A stretch of 64,000 bases of DNA from Rhina ancylostomus (Eukaryota): positions 22,833,445-22,897,444 of the forward strand of contig JARFYF010000055.1 in NCBI GenBank assembly GCA_030265395.1, read 5' to 3'. A program made the translations under genes and the position numbers. Position 1 is the stretch's first letter. Each line of letters begins with the position of its first letter. Below are positions 35,001 through 48,362 of the stretch, piece after piece. The notes under the pieces were generated by a model, which saw only the letters and a list, made by a program, of their open reading frames with translations, did not search any database and was not told where the DNA came from.

Positions 35001-36229
35001 ATGCAAGATCTTTGAACTTCTTGCAAATATGCATCAGATCTGCAGTCTATAATCCTGGTATTGATCTCCAAGCCTTTTATACCTTTAGTACAGATGGGCA
35101 GTTGATGACCACCATGGACAAGGTGGATGGAAGGGCTTCTTTATGTGTTGTATCTCTCTATGGATCTTACTGTCTCCCGAGCATATATCTAGAGGGTCCA
35201 CTGGCCCTTACACTTACAGGGCATGTCCTGTTGCTTCCACCTTCTGCCCCAGGGCCTCCAGACCCGTTCCTGCAAGGCTTGAATTCTGTATTCTCCATTA
35301 CTCCTGGCCTCTTCACCAGTTCTGAGATCTGCTACCCTAGTGAAGTGACTGCCAGCACCCTCACATTATTTTTAAGGCCATGCCTTTAATGAATGCACCC
35401 TAGTTTTAACTGGAGCAGGTCACAAACTCTGAGCGGTCTGGGCAATGGCCAGTGAGGATAGTGCTCTCTGAATGCAGCAGTTATGGAAATCAGCCAACTT
35501 TATGCTACTCTCATTCCACTCCATGGATGCAGTTTAGTTCTGTATGTAGTGCCAGCACTTGTTTTTGGGAGAGATTAGATTTAGCCCTCAGTTTTTAAAC
35601 TCCATAGCTACACCCCCACAATCTCTCTGAGATATGGGGCGATTCTCTTTGCAGAATTAAACGATTTTTAATGTTTATTGCATTTCAGCAGGGGAAGAAA
35701 ATACCCAATTTGAACTAGTTTCTGTTATCCTGAAATTCAAAGACGTAGCACAATAGGCCTTAAGTGGTTTTCACCAGCTTAAGTTTGTTTCAATTACCGG
35801 GTTCTTTTACGCTTTATTGCTCAAAAATTCTGAAAAGCAGCATTATGTTTTTCTACAGAGCAGCGTGAAGCTAATCTTTATTTTGCAACTCCTATTTGGG
35901 ACTAAAACTTTTTTAATCTAAATGCTATTTTGTATTGGCACTTTACATTGCCTCTTTACAGAAAACACTCTCCACTTCTACCACTGAAGTGGCTGCGGTC
36001 TCTACAACCTTGAGATAATGTTAATTACAATTGATTTCCAAGGAGTAATTCCCAATCCTCAGATGTGTAAATCTATAATATATAAATTTAACAACTTTTA
36101 CTCATTCATCCATATGTTGCAGAAAACCTTGAGCTGTGCATCAAAATTCCCATAGCGATTCCATGGTAATCAGTGAAAACCATCCTTAGATCCACAGAAC
36201 TGACTGTAAGAGCAAACCAATATTTTTAT

Positions 36230-37425
36230 ACAGAAAATAAAAACTGAAAAAGTTGGAAGAACTCAGTAGGTCAGGCAGAATCTGTGAAAAGAGAAACAAT
36301 TAATGTTTTAGGTTTGGGACTGAGAAAGAGAGAAACGAGTTAATCTAGACGGTAGGGAGGGTGGTGGAGGGGGACAAGTGGAACAAAGGAAATTTCTCAG
36401 AAAGGGTGAAATAGTGTGCATTTAAGGGCCAGTTAAGCTCCTCTGTGCAACGTAATGTTTATGTTGTATTGTCTGTGTAATACTGTACAGCCTTACCTAA
36501 TGTTACATGCCACACAAATGAAAGAAAAAGGAAAAAGATCTGGGGGGAGGGAAAGGCAGTCAAAAATGGTACAAACAGAAAGAAGGAACGAGTTAGCTAA
36601 GGTTGGAGAATTTGATATTGGGCCCTGCAGGCTGCCATGTAACCATATAGAAGATGAGATGTTGTTCCTCGAGCTTGCATTGAGCAGCATGATAACTCTG
36701 CAGTGAACCACAGAAAGAAAGGTCAAAATGGGAGAGGGGCAGTGAATTAAAGAGGCAGACCATTGGAAGCTCAGGGTCACTCTGCGGACCGAGCACAGTG
36801 CTCGGCAAAGCGGTCACCTAATCTGCATTTGCTTTCTTCATTGCTGAGGAGGCCACATTGTGAATACTGAATGCAGTACACTAGATTGGAAGTAGTGCAG
36901 GTGAATCACTGATTTACTTGGAAAGACTGGATCCCTGGATAGTGGTAAGAGAAGAGATGAAAGAGCGGTGTTGCACCTCCTGTGGTTGCATGGGAAAGTG
37001 CTGTACAACAGGCAGTAGAAGACCAGACAAGTGTGTCACAGAGAGACCGATCCCTTTGAATGCTGAAAGGGGAGGGGAATCTTTTTGGAACAGACAGAAA
37101 TTTCAAGGGACGATCCATTGAATGCCAAGGCTGTTCTTGCTCTGTCCAGGAGGAGATAGATGAGATGCAATCAAGATGGCTGTCTGCAATAGTAGAGAGG
37201 AAGCCATGGTTAAGGAAGAAGGAAGATATTTCAGATGCACAAAGCAAAAGTGATGGAGACAGAGGAACTGAGAGAATGGAATGGAGTCCTCACATGATGT
37301 AGGGTAGGGGAAGTATAATCAAGGTAGCAATGGAAGCTTGTGGGCTTGTAGTGGATGTTGCTGACTAGCCTGTCCCTGAGATTGAGATGGAGGTGGAGAA
37401 GGAAGGGAAGAGTCAGAGATGGATC
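36230..37425 (-). mobile_element. Penelope-like element: RT C-terminus, GIY-YIG endonuclease and terminal repeat, decayed
   Basis: RLVSNIHYKPTSFHCYLDY (PLE YxKPT motif), SEISSFFLNHGF, and QCKLEEQHLIFYMVTWQPAGPNIKFSN (GIY-YIG C-terminus). Confidence 0.85.
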
Positions 37426-37482
37426 TGCCCTTTGCCTGCTCTTTGATGAAAGGGCTTCTATAACCTGGCCATATACCACTTG

Positions 37483-37825
37483 GGGCGACACAGTGATGCA
37501 GCAAATAGAGCAACAGTCTCACAGCTCCAGCGACCTAGTTTCAAATGCCTTTGTAGAGTTGGCACATTCTTCTGGTGACTCTGGGGTTTTCATGAGCTCT
37601 CTGCTTCATCCCACATTCCAAAGAAATGCTGCTTAGTAGATTAATTGGCCACTGTAAATTGCCCCCAGGTATAGGTGTATAGTAGGAGAATCTGGGGGAA
37701 GTGGAAGGGCATGTAAGAGTGAATGGGTTGTAACAAAATGTGGAGTATTGGGATTGATGAGAATGCTCTGCAAGTCAACATAGCTGATGGGATGAATGGC
37801 CTCTTTCAATGTTGTGAGTATCTCC
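37483..37825 (+). mobile_element. V-SINE/HE1-type SINE, diverged
   Basis: GGGCGACACAGTGATGCAGC head, CCCACATTCCAAAG, TTAATTGGCCACTGTAAATTGCCCC and tail GATGGGATGAATGGCCTC. Confidence 0.75.
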
Positions 37826-39239
37826 AGAATCCACAATCATTTTTGTCTCATTTACAGGATATGCACGTCATTGGCATGGCCAGCATTTATTGCCCATCTC
37901 TAATTGCCTTCTTGGGAAGATGGTGGCGAACCACCTCCTCATAACTGCTGCTGGCTACTCAGTGGTTCTCCCAGGGTGGGTAGAAATTTTTAGCTTTTGA
38001 CCCAGCAGTGCTGAATGAAAGGTGATGTTTCTTAACATCAGAGTAGTACGTATTGTGGAAGGGAATTTGCAGGTAGCGGTGTTCTCATGTCCCTGGCACT
38101 AAGCCCCTGTGGGGCCAGAGAATTGGGAGGAGCTGTCAAAGTGCTCCAAAACAAAGCAGTGAAAGCCTTCCTAAAAACAGAACACATTCTGATCAATAGT
38201 GTGATATGACAAATATCTCCACTCCTGAGATTGAGTATAACTATCTCCTGATTTCATTCTTCACAACTTATCAGGTTAGTCTCACTTGTGGGGATATTCA
38301 TCATATCACACTGCTGGCTACAACCGATCATCTATTTATAGAGGTTCCCAATGGTGTCTCTTGAGCTAACATCTGTGGAAAACTTGCTATCAATTATACA
38401 TGAACATAACATTTTCTTTAGAAGTGTATGTGAATAGGGAATCATGTGATCAAGCAGCAGGAAAGTTGACCTCCTAGTAGAAGCTCATTTTTTTCTTGCT
38501 AATTCCATTGTTTTCAATATCTAAATCAGATGTCTGCAATAAAGGCTGCATCTGGATATTGCTGCAGTCAGCTACAGGGTTCCCTGATCTCCAGCAACAG
38601 CACTTAAACTTTTAAACAGAGAGGAAGAGGAAAGAATGATAAGGATGGAAAGAAAGAGAGAAAATTANNNNNNNNNNNNNNNNNNNNNNNNNNNNNNNNN
38701 NNNNNNNNNNNNNNNNNNNNNNNNNNNNNNNNNNNNNNNNNNNNNNNNNNNNNNNNNNNNNNNNNNNNNNNNNNNNNNNNNNNNNNNNNNNNNNNNNNNN
38801 NNNNNNNNNNNNNNNNNNNNNNNNNNNNNNNNNNNNNNNNNNNNNNNNNNNNNNNNNNNNNNNNNNNNNNNNNNNNNNNNNNNNNNNNNNNNNNNNNNNN
38901 NNNNNNNNNNNNNNNNNNNNNNNNNNNNNNNNNNNNNNNNNNNNNNNNNNNNNNNNNNNNNNNNNNNNNNNNNNNNNNNNNNNNNNNNNNNNNNNNNNNN
39001 NNNNNNNNNNNNNNNNNATTACTGGAAAACCTATGCCCCTATCTCAACACCAATGATGCTACTGAACATGTCACCCTGACCACAGAAGCCCCCCCCTCTC
39101 ATCTCCAACCATCAAACTCCATCTCCAACCACCTAATCTTTCCAGCTACTGATCACAACCCATGAACTCTGATCCCACTTCCCAACGACTGACCCTACCT
39201 ACCAATCTCCAGCTACAAGCTCTGCCCCAACCCTCTCTA

Positions 39240-40005
39240 CCTAACAAGTAACCCTGGCATGCCTTCCAACACCCAGCCCTAGCACCAGGTCACCTGATTT
39301 CTTTGGCTCATTTTGCAGTGGTGGAGAGTGAAAGTAAAAAGCCTGTGAATGATGAACACCACCTTGAGAGTCATGTATTATTGTATTTCCAGGAGTGGGC
39401 CAGTAGGCAACGATAGACCTAAGTAATAGATCTACTAATTCCCCTACTTGTATATGTTTGGAAGGAGGTGGGAGGGGATGGTATGGGATAGTGCAGCTAT
39501 AGGGAACAGAGCTGCACAATGTATGAGATTGGTGACAATTCAGGAAATCATGGTTTGATGTGCAGTGGTGGGATTGTGGCCCAGGAGAGGCCAGAGGACA
39601 TGTCAGAGGGTTGATGTTTTGTCTCCAGAAGATAGAGGATGGTTTGCTAAACTTCAGGTAGGTGAGAGTGATTAGGCAGTGTTGAAAACTGAAACATGCC
39701 ATGTCGTGTTGGTAGAAGAGATCCAGAGATGATAAGGCCCCCTCCATGTGGAATGAGTGTTCAGATGACAGGAGAAAGGATCCCTGTGAAGACAGCAGAG
39801 GACTGCTGAACAAAAAAAATGGGCAATGAGAAGAAGAAATAGAAGCTGACCTCAATATCATGACGAACTCAAAATTCATGCTGGGGGGTGGGGAAAGGAG
39901 TTGAGCGCCTTTGCTCAGGATTTATATTGGGCTCAGGAGGAGAAAGATCAGAGGGGATAGAGAAAAGGCAGCAGGGAGTGGGATGAGCAGGCTAGGGAAG
40001 AAGCA
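39240..40005 (-). mobile_element. Decayed Penelope-like ORF (N-terminal/RT region)
   Basis: The 212-aa ORF includes SLDLF and segments resembling the PLE pre-RT region (FF..LRL..FF, DLFI); heavily frameshifted. Confidence 0.5.
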
Positions 40006-40014
40006 TCTAGAAAG

Positions 40015-40242
40015 CAAGGAGTTTGTACATTCTCCCCATGTCTGTGTGGGTTTCCTCTGGGTGNNNNNNNNNNNNNNNNNNNNNNNNNNNNNNNNNNNNN
40101 NNNNNNNNNNNNNNNNNNNNNNNNNNNNNNNNNNNNNNNNNNNNNNNNNNNNNNNNNCCCCAGTACACTCTACACAAACAGATGCATTTCACTGTGTGTT
40201 TTGATGTACATGTGACTAATAAAAGATATCTTATCTTATCTA
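40015..40242 (+). mobile_element. V-SINE (same subfamily as 913-1210), spanning a gap
   Basis: AAGGAGTTTGTACATTCTCCCCATGTCTGTGTGGGTTTCCTC...GATGCATTTCACTGTGTGTTTTGATGTACATGTGACTAATAAAAGATATCTTATCTTATC. Confidence 0.85.
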
Positions 40243-41057
40243 GTAATAACATTTCCTAAAGTTTGTGAAATTGGGAGTGCACATTGTGAGCATCCCACCA
40301 GCCCACAGCTTTTACACAAATAATGAGTCACAGATTTTGGGTTTCAACCTCATTGCATTCAATATGGTTCTTAATGGGGAGGGTGTGGAGAGTAGGTACT
40401 CCATTTGGACTGTGGTCCAGGTCTCTCATGGGGATTGTAAAGGCTGGTGGTCCTGGAAACTGTAGCCAGAGGATAGAGGTGGGGAAGGGTGGAGGGGAAG
40501 TGTGCTGTGGTATGATACAGTCTGGTGCAGTGCAGTGCTCTGTTGATCAGCTCCAGGGGTTGGACATTAAAGGTTGTGGCCCAAATCTGGAGTTCAGAGA
40601 TGGGGATCTCAGGACCAGAAGGATTAATGATTATTGTGTAGATTCCTTGCCTTTTTCTTGTACACAATTTTAAGATTGTCTGCCTGAGGGCAAACATATG
40701 TTTGAGTAAGTCTCATTCGATAATGCAAAGGGGACAATTCTTTTTTTTGTCCTAGCCAATTACGTTGGGTGGATTCCCAAATCGTTCCAGCAAAGCCGTC
40801 CCAAAACTTGGAAAAAACTAAATGCAATAAACCATGACATTATCCATATGTTCGTACTGAACAGGATCCACTCAGATATAAAGCCACATCCTCAGAACCT
40901 GAGGCAAGTGTAGCTGCCATGTTACTAAAATTTATGCTCTATCCCAGGTGTAGAAAGAGGTTTAATGGTTTGAAAGTAATAACTAATACAGAATTAATGG
41001 GCAAATTAATGACAGAATTAATACAGAATACAATACAGAATTAATTAATGAATTCGT

Positions 41058-41330
41058 GGGCAGCATGGTAGCATAGTGGTTAGCTCAGCGCTATTACAGT
41101 GCCAACGATCGGGGTTCAATTCTGGCCGCTGTCTGTAAGGAGTTGTACGTTCTCCCTGTGCCTGCGTGGGTTTCCTCCGGGTGCTCTGGTTGCCTCCCAA
41201 ATTCCAAAGATGTATGGGTTCTGAGGTTAACATGGGTGTAATTGGGTGGCATGGACTTGTTGGGCCAGAAGGGTCTGTTACCGTGCTGTATAAATAAAGT
41301 TTTTAAAAAAGTTTTTAAAAAGTTTTAATA
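41058..41330 (+). mobile_element. Full-length V-SINE with CR1-type tail
   Basis: A-box TAGCATAGTGG, B-box GGTTCAATTCT, V-domain, tail GGACTTGTTGGGCCAGAAGGGTCTGTTACCGTGCTGTA plus (AAGTTTTTAA)n. Confidence 0.9.
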
Positions 41331-42047
41331 GCTTTCAACTTGGAATAAATAGTCCTATATTTGCAGTGTTAGTAATTAAACAGCCCATTTACAAACAGGA
41401 CTGATTTTTTTTCCTCTTTATCCTTATATCATTTTAACACTATTTATTTAGAAATGGGTTTAAAGTAAGAGTAAATGTTTACTTTAATTTATTAAAATAC
41501 TAAACATCCAACTGTTAGGAGAGTGGGGGAAGAAAAGTAATCAGTTCACTTCAATTAGTTAAAACTTTAGTTGTTAGTGTTATTAGTTAAACTTAATCCT
41601 CATTTTATAACTGCTCCCAGAATGATTTACTATTTTCCAACATTTTTAACAAATGGCAGAATTTATAATGCAAAGTGAGTACTTGAATTTTATTACAGTT
41701 TATGCTTTGTCACAAGACAATAAGGGGAATTTTATTTCTGTCACTAATGCTCAAATTCATGCAGCTTGACTATTAGTCTCAAACTTGCATTATTATTAAA
41801 CTGTTCTCAACAGACATTTGAGAAAGGTTTGTTGCTCCAGACTTCCTGTAAAGCAAATAAATTATGTTTCATCTGAATGGTAAAGACAGTGTCCACATAA
41901 ACAATAAACCCACAGCAGGGCCCAAAGGATGAAAAGGTTTTCATGACAAAAAGATTTCAGACAGTAAGACTGATACCCATTAAGATGAAGACAAAACAAC
42001 CAACAAAGAAATTAACAGGAAATGGGGAAAAGATGAGTGGCACTGGA

Positions 42048-42765
42048 AGTAGGAGCAGGAGTGGACCATAAGACCCCTTGAGCTTCTCTCACCATTAACT
42101 TAGATCATGGCTGATCGAATCTCAGCCCCAACTCCACTTTCTCGTCTGCTTCTCACAACCCCTGCCTCCATTGAGTCCAAAAGTCTATCTTGGTTTTGAA
42201 TGTATTCAACAACTCATCCTCTATAGTGCTCTCTACCTTCACCAAACTCTGAGAGAGGAAATTGCTCTTCATCTTCATCTTAAATGGACAATTTCTTGTT
42301 TTGAAAGAATGCCACAAGTGAGAACATCTTCTCAGATCAACCTTCTCAAACCCTCTTAAAATCTCATATTAGATCACATCTCATGCTTCTAAACTCCAAT
42401 GAGTATAGGACCAACCTGCTTATGTTTAGCTCATGGGTCAACTCTTTCATCCTCGGAGCCAACCTGAAGAATCTCTGACTAATCACCAACTAAATTATAT
42501 TATTCCTTAAATAAAGAAACTAAAGCTGTATGCAGCACTCTTGGTCTCACCAATGCCCTGTAGAGTTGTAGAAAATCTTCCTTCCTTTTATATTCCATTT
42601 TCTTATCCAACTCTTTGCTGCCAACATTCCATTTACTTTCCTAATTACTCGCTGTATCTGCACGCTGCTTTTCTGTGTTTCATACACAAGGATACCCAGA
42701 TCCCAGTTACAGCAGCATTTTGTGGTCTCTCTCCATTCTAAGTTTTCTACTTTTCCTACCAAAGT
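42048..42765 (-). mobile_element. CR1 LINE 3' fragment
   Basis: DLGILVYETQKSSVQIQRVIRKVNGMLA and typical 3' UTR reverse complement (GATCATGGCTGATC). Confidence 0.85.
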
Positions 42766-42779
42766 CCCTTTCCTAGGGG

Positions 42780-43118
42780 ATTTTGTTTGCTCTTCTCTCT
42801 CTTCTTACCTTTGACCCATCCCCTGGTAGATCTGCTCTCCCCTCCTCCCCCGCACCTGCCTATCACTATCTCTTACCTGCATCTACCTATCACCACGTTG
42901 TGCCCACCCCGCCTCCCCTCTTTTGCCCACCTATCACTGCTCTGCTTTTCCCTTCTATATATCGGGCTTCCCCTTTTCCTATCTTCAGTCCTGAAGGGTC
43001 CTGACCTGAAACACTGACTGCCTGCTTTTCTCCACAGATGCTGCCTGGCCTGCTGAATTCCTACAGCATCACAGTGTTTTTCATCTAGATACTAGCATTG
43101 GCAATCCTTTGTTTCTCT
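42780..43118 (+). mobile_element. Penelope-derived terminal repeat with hammerhead-like motif
   Basis: Pyrimidine-rich tract, CAGTCCTGAAGGGTCCTGACCTGAAACACTGACTG (42986-43020), then the same tail as 32417-32582 and 44069-44120. Confidence 0.85.
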
Positions 43119-44714
43119 TGACCAGTAGGAAACCTGTTTTCTCAGCATGATGTACTGAGAAGGGAGTGCCATATTGCCTGGCACTACATGTTCTATCAAC
43201 TGAAATAACCTGATAATCATTTCAAAAATATGCTCCAAATCTTATTCCTGGACTTGTAAAACATGCTTCAATAAACTGCAGCTTCATAGCTTTGGGTGAG
43301 CATACAACTCACTGGCATTTGTGCAAATGCTAGAAAATTGCTAAGTTATATCATTTTCCCTAAGCCATAATATTATGAACTGAAAAAGTGCCTGCTTCCA
43401 GGCCAAAGGTCCAGCTCAAAAAGTGACTGGGGGCTTTACGGGCAGAAATCAGGTTTTACAGGATCAATTTTTCCAATTTACTACATCCACGATATAACTA
43501 ATCAAACAATCCACATGCAAGTTCTGAGAATGGTTGTACTTTAGAACCCTCCACTGATCCACGTGAAGAACAAAGACCTACAATCAGATCAGTCAAGCAT
43601 TGTGTGGTAAACATGCCACTCTGTTCACTATTGCACACCACATATCTTTACACGTAAATCTCTCTGACACCAAGTTGGCCAAATTACATTCATTAAGAAT
43701 TCGAAACCCACCTTTATTAAATCTAATTTGGGTAGCTTTGGATAAACTATACCCCTTGTGTAGTCTTAGGCATCTGACAGTCTACGTTACAGGTCCTCCT
43801 CAGTCTACAAATGCCTGACTTATGTATAGCTGGTACATACGAACGGAGTTTGGAAGACTGGCAGTATGGATTTGCTGGCCGCCGCATCTTCTGCCACATG
43901 GGAACTTGGTTTGTGGCCATATTTCTGACTTGCAAACTGTTCAGGTTACACACAGTTCACAGGAATGGNNNNNNNNNNNNNNNNNNNNNNNNNNNNNNNN
44001 NNNNNNNNNNNNNNNNNNNNNNNNNNNNNNNNNNNNNNNNNNNNNNNNNNNNNNNNNNNNNNNNNNNNCATGGATGCTGCCTGGCCTGCTGAGTTCCTCC
44101 AGCAACATCGTGTTTTTCATAATGGGCATGTTCCTGGATTAGTAACTAAGGGGCCTGGGTTAATTCTCTACAAACATTAGGATGGGCATCTCCAATATTG
44201 TTTGGGCATTAGTCATTGAGGAACACTGGTAATTAGACAGTGATGTGAATTAGGCCGAAGATCAGCAATGAGTCAACCAAACAGCAGAGCAGATCAAAGG
44301 TGTGGATGGCCAGTGCCTGCTCCATATCTCATGTTCTTAGGTGCAGGATAGCTTTAAGCGATGGGCAGTTTTACACAGATTATCAGTCAGCTCATTCCCT
44401 GGAAATGCATTCAGGCAGTCAAAAGCTCATTTAGCACTGACTGGATACTGAAATCATTAAAATGAAGAAGCAGCTCAAAGTCAACATGCAGTATTATAAT
44501 CAATGGCATTACATTGTGATCCCTGCACCTGTACTTGTGCACCAGCCATTATGTCCCACAAAAGACTTGGAACTGTTACTATGTCACATCAATGACTTCA
44601 ACTTGAAACAGCAACTGAAAATTCCACTTAATTTGTTTTAACTTGTTACTGGTGGTAAATTAGTCAGTAGTAGAATATTCACAATTGGTAGTTTGATGGT
44701 AGCGGAACATGTGT

Positions 44715-45520
44715 GAGGTGTTGCACTTTGAGAGATTAAATGTAAAGGGACAGTACACAGTTAATGGCAGGACCCTTAAACATGTTGATGTACAGAGGGA
44801 TCTTGGGGTCCAAGCCTATAGCTCCCCGAGAGTCGCTGCATAAGTTGATAGGGTGGTAAAGAAGGTGTATCGCATGCTTGCCTTTGTTTGGTGAGGGACT
44901 GCATTCAGGAGTCAGGAAGTGATGTTGCAGCTTTATAAAGTTCTGGTTAGGCAACATCTGGAGTATTGCATTCAGATCTGGTCACCCCATTATGGGAAGA
45001 ATGCGGAGGATTTTGGGAGGGGCGGTGGGGGGGAGGTGCAGAAGAGGTTTACCAGGATGCTGCCTGAATTAGAGGGCATGTGCTTTGAGGAGCAGTTGGA
45101 CAAACTTCGGTTGTTTTCTCTGGAGCGGCGGAGGCTGAGGGGAGACCTGGTAGAAGTTTATAATATTATGAGAGACATAGAGAGAGTAGACAGCAGGTAC
45201 CTTTTTTTCCAGGGTCAAAATGTCTAATACTAGAGGGCANNNNNNNNNNNNNNNNNNNNNNNNNNNNNNNNNNNNNNNNNNNNNNNNNNNNNNNNNNNNN
45301 NNNNNNNNNNNNNNNNNNNNNNNNNNNNNNNNNNNNNNNNNNNNNNNNNNNNNNNNNNNNNNNNNNNNNNNNNNNNNNNNNNNNNNNNNNNNNNNNNNNN
45401 NNNNNNNNNNNNNNNNNNNNNNNNNNNNNNNNNNNNNNNNNNNNNNACTAGTTTAATGAGTCCAGCACAACATTTTGGGCCAAAGAGCCTGTTCCTGTGT
45501 TGTACTGGTTCTATGTTCTG
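44715..45520 (+). mobile_element. CR1 LINE 3' portion, relatively young, spanning a gap
   Basis: MLQLYKVLVRQHLEYCIQIWSPHY..VQKRFTRMLPELEGMCFEEQLDKLRLFSLERRRLRGDLVEVYNIMR. Confidence 0.92.
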
Positions 45521-46899
45521 TGTTTTCGTCCAAATTAATATTTATGCTTGCAAGTTTTCTTATAGATCTTTGTTGTGTTAAGGATCCCAAAACAAGAAAG
45601 GAAAATTAATAAATATTTCCAATACTAATACTGGCAGGACTGCACTAGTTGGTAATATATTGGTCTGTAGTATCCTAAGTGCAGTTCCATTAGCCTAAAA
45701 TGATCAGACTCCAATTAATTTAAGGGGCACTTGGATGATTTATAAAACTATGTGCTACCCAAGTCTCAGGCTGCTTTGTCAGTTCCAACTGTTTATTTTT
45801 AATCCAGTGCAGCAATGCACCAGAATCAGCAATTGACTCTGCGCTGGTGTTGGGCTGTGAACTTGACCTCACACTGAGAGCAGTATGTCAAAATCTTCGA
45901 TTAGGAAAGGTACAAGAAGAAACAGTGCACTCCATGTTGCCTCAAAGAGAATGGCTTCCAGCTTTTGCAATAGCAATTAGCAGTTAAAATAATCTTTGGG
46001 TGGAGGAATTCTTTCCTACTCTATACATTTTAGATGTCAGGTGGGTAGGATTTGAGCTATACCCTTACAAAGAGGATTTCCACAGTCTCAACACATCAGG
46101 ACGATGGATGAAGAGGCCATGGGATGTAGATGGAGTGGGATGACCAAGCGATTGAAATTAATCATTGGGATGTGAGGGTGAACCCCTGGAGTTCATGGAC
46201 TCCTTTGAGGCAGTGTTGTCCTTTGCCTTCCGCAAGGTCTGCTAGGAGGCAGAGAAATATAAAAAAACATTTACTGATCACTCTCAAGCAAACAGGATGT
46301 AATTCTAACTGAATGGAAAGGAACTTAAGGCAACGCCTATTGGTAGCCTCCTGTATGATGGACCTGGTACTGACACATGTATCTGTAACCTTGTAGGCAA
46401 TGTGTTGTCTGTCAACTAAATTATTGTTTCTGTGTCAGTGTATCCTAAGCCCGTTGAATGCAATGAAAGAATTACATTTAATGTCACCTAATCTAACAAT
46501 TAACCTTCAATAAGATGACTAGCTGGATGGAATATGAAAAATAAATTAGGACCAGAAGGACACTTTGCAAGCACAATGGGAATGGCACTAGAAATGAGAA
46601 GATTCAATGTCACAAAAACTAAGTAAACTGCAATTGTTTAGACATCAGAATTTGAAGCCTTAAGCTAAAGTTTTGAAACTGCAACCTACTGGAGACTTAT
46701 CAAAACAAATATAATCAACAGTGTGAGGGACATAGAAGAAATTCTTTCAATGGCTCAAACTCATGTTCTACCAGACAATTACAGAGCATTGTGTTGTGAA
46801 AAGCCTGTCCAGACATATTTTATGATACTGCTATAAATGTTGTATTTTATATGATGATCTGTTTGTACAAGATCTTTGGCATATGTGCAGGGGAAAGTA

Positions 46900-47380
46900 G
46901 AATAGCATGAAGTGAGGATTGATTAACAAACAAATAACAGACTGCAGAATAAACCGATCATTTTCTGAATAGTTTAGTGTAATTAGGAGCTATACTTGGC
47001 CCTCCCTAATTTACAATCGGTATCAATAATTTAGCCATGTTTGCTGAAAATACCAAACTAGGTGGGAAAATGGACACAAAGATCCAGCAAATGCATGTAT
47101 ACTGGTTAATTGATTGTCCAAAGAAATGATGGGTTGTATTTAATGCGGGGAACCTTCCACTCTGGTAGGAAGAATGGAAAAGTTGAATATTATTTAAAAG
47201 GTGGGATAATAGTAAACACTTTTCAGAGAGATTCAATGAGTTACTTTACACAAAAGTTCATGTATAACGTGATGAGTAAGAATGTTAATTTCTGTTGCAA
47301 AGAGTTGGTGTTAAACCATTGATGCAATTAGGACTGTGGTGAGACGGTGCCAGGACTTTGTCTGCAGTTTTGGTTTCCTA
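46900..47380 (+). mobile_element. Decayed CR1 reverse transcriptase
   Basis: ILGPP.FTIGINNL..MFAENTKLGGK resembles LGPLLFTIYINDL..KFADDTKLGG. Confidence 0.7.
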
Positions 47381-48362
47381 ATTGGATTCTAGTAAAATCA
47401 GTGCCTATTTATGAAAATTAATACATTTACTATGAAAATAGAAAAACAAATTTGCTGTTCTTTGTATATGGATCATTGAGCTCATACAAAGTCACTTTTG
47501 AAATTTGACATTTAAAGAGGAAAACGATCACAGTGTCTCATTTGACAAATTTACTTTAAATCGCTTCACTCAGTAAAATAGCATCATGCTTTATCAACTA
47601 TCATTTTATTGTTTGCTGTTGTCACAGTACAATACACCACAGTCATACAAGGATGAAATGTTACACTTAATTACAATAATCAATGCATAAATTTACATCA
47701 CATCATTCATCGGAAGTTGCATAGCAAGTTCATTTTCAAGTTGGCTGTTATCAGTTTATAGCTAGTTTTATGTTTAACAGTATCAGACTCCTCACAAAAT
47801 ATTCACCTCAGAAAATCTTCCATTAAAGCTTCATGTCCTTCTTTATGAATTCTAAATAGCCATCTCATTCTGGCTTACATGTTTTCATCTTTCTGGAAAG
47901 TCTCAAAGGACTCTGTGCTAATTGGTCCATATCTGTATCACTGTGACTGTAATGGTGTCAAGCAAGTGGTGCATTAAAACAAAATTAGTCCAAAAACTTA
48001 TCAAAGCTAATTCAAGATAAAAGTCAGTTATTGAGGTAAGATGCCTTTAGTCAGTTTGAAATTATTAAAATAATTTGCAATCCAATCATAATTCTAATAC
48101 ACAACACAATGGGTAGGCTGTAATGGTAGGTGCTGATATTAATCCTTTAGTGCCCCCCTGTGCAAGATGTTGATTGTCAGTAGGCTGCCCAGCCATGGGG
48201 TCATAATTGTCTGTATATTCCTGTACTAATGGAACAAAGCTATTGTTCAGTTGCATAACTCCTTGAGTGACACAAACTTCAAGATTTCAGCCCATGTGTC
48301 GCTAACCTTGGAAATACCCGGCCTTCCTACTCAGGCTGGACAATTGGGCATCAATTTTACAT

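Noticed and set aside
39241-39879. 212-aa ORF as a host gene
   Set aside because: Lies within a decayed Penelope-like ORF with pyrimidine-rich composition that suppresses stops.
41058-41130. tRNA-like A/B boxes (also at ~1150-1210, 26610 and 28530)
   Set aside because: These are SINE heads followed by SINE body sequence; no complete cloverleaf seen.
47529-47560. CACAGTG heptamers as V(D)J recombination signals (octamers suggested an Ig locus)
   Set aside because: No ACAAAAACC-like nonamer at 12 or 23 bp spacing for the heptamers I checked, and no Ig/TCR segments seen.
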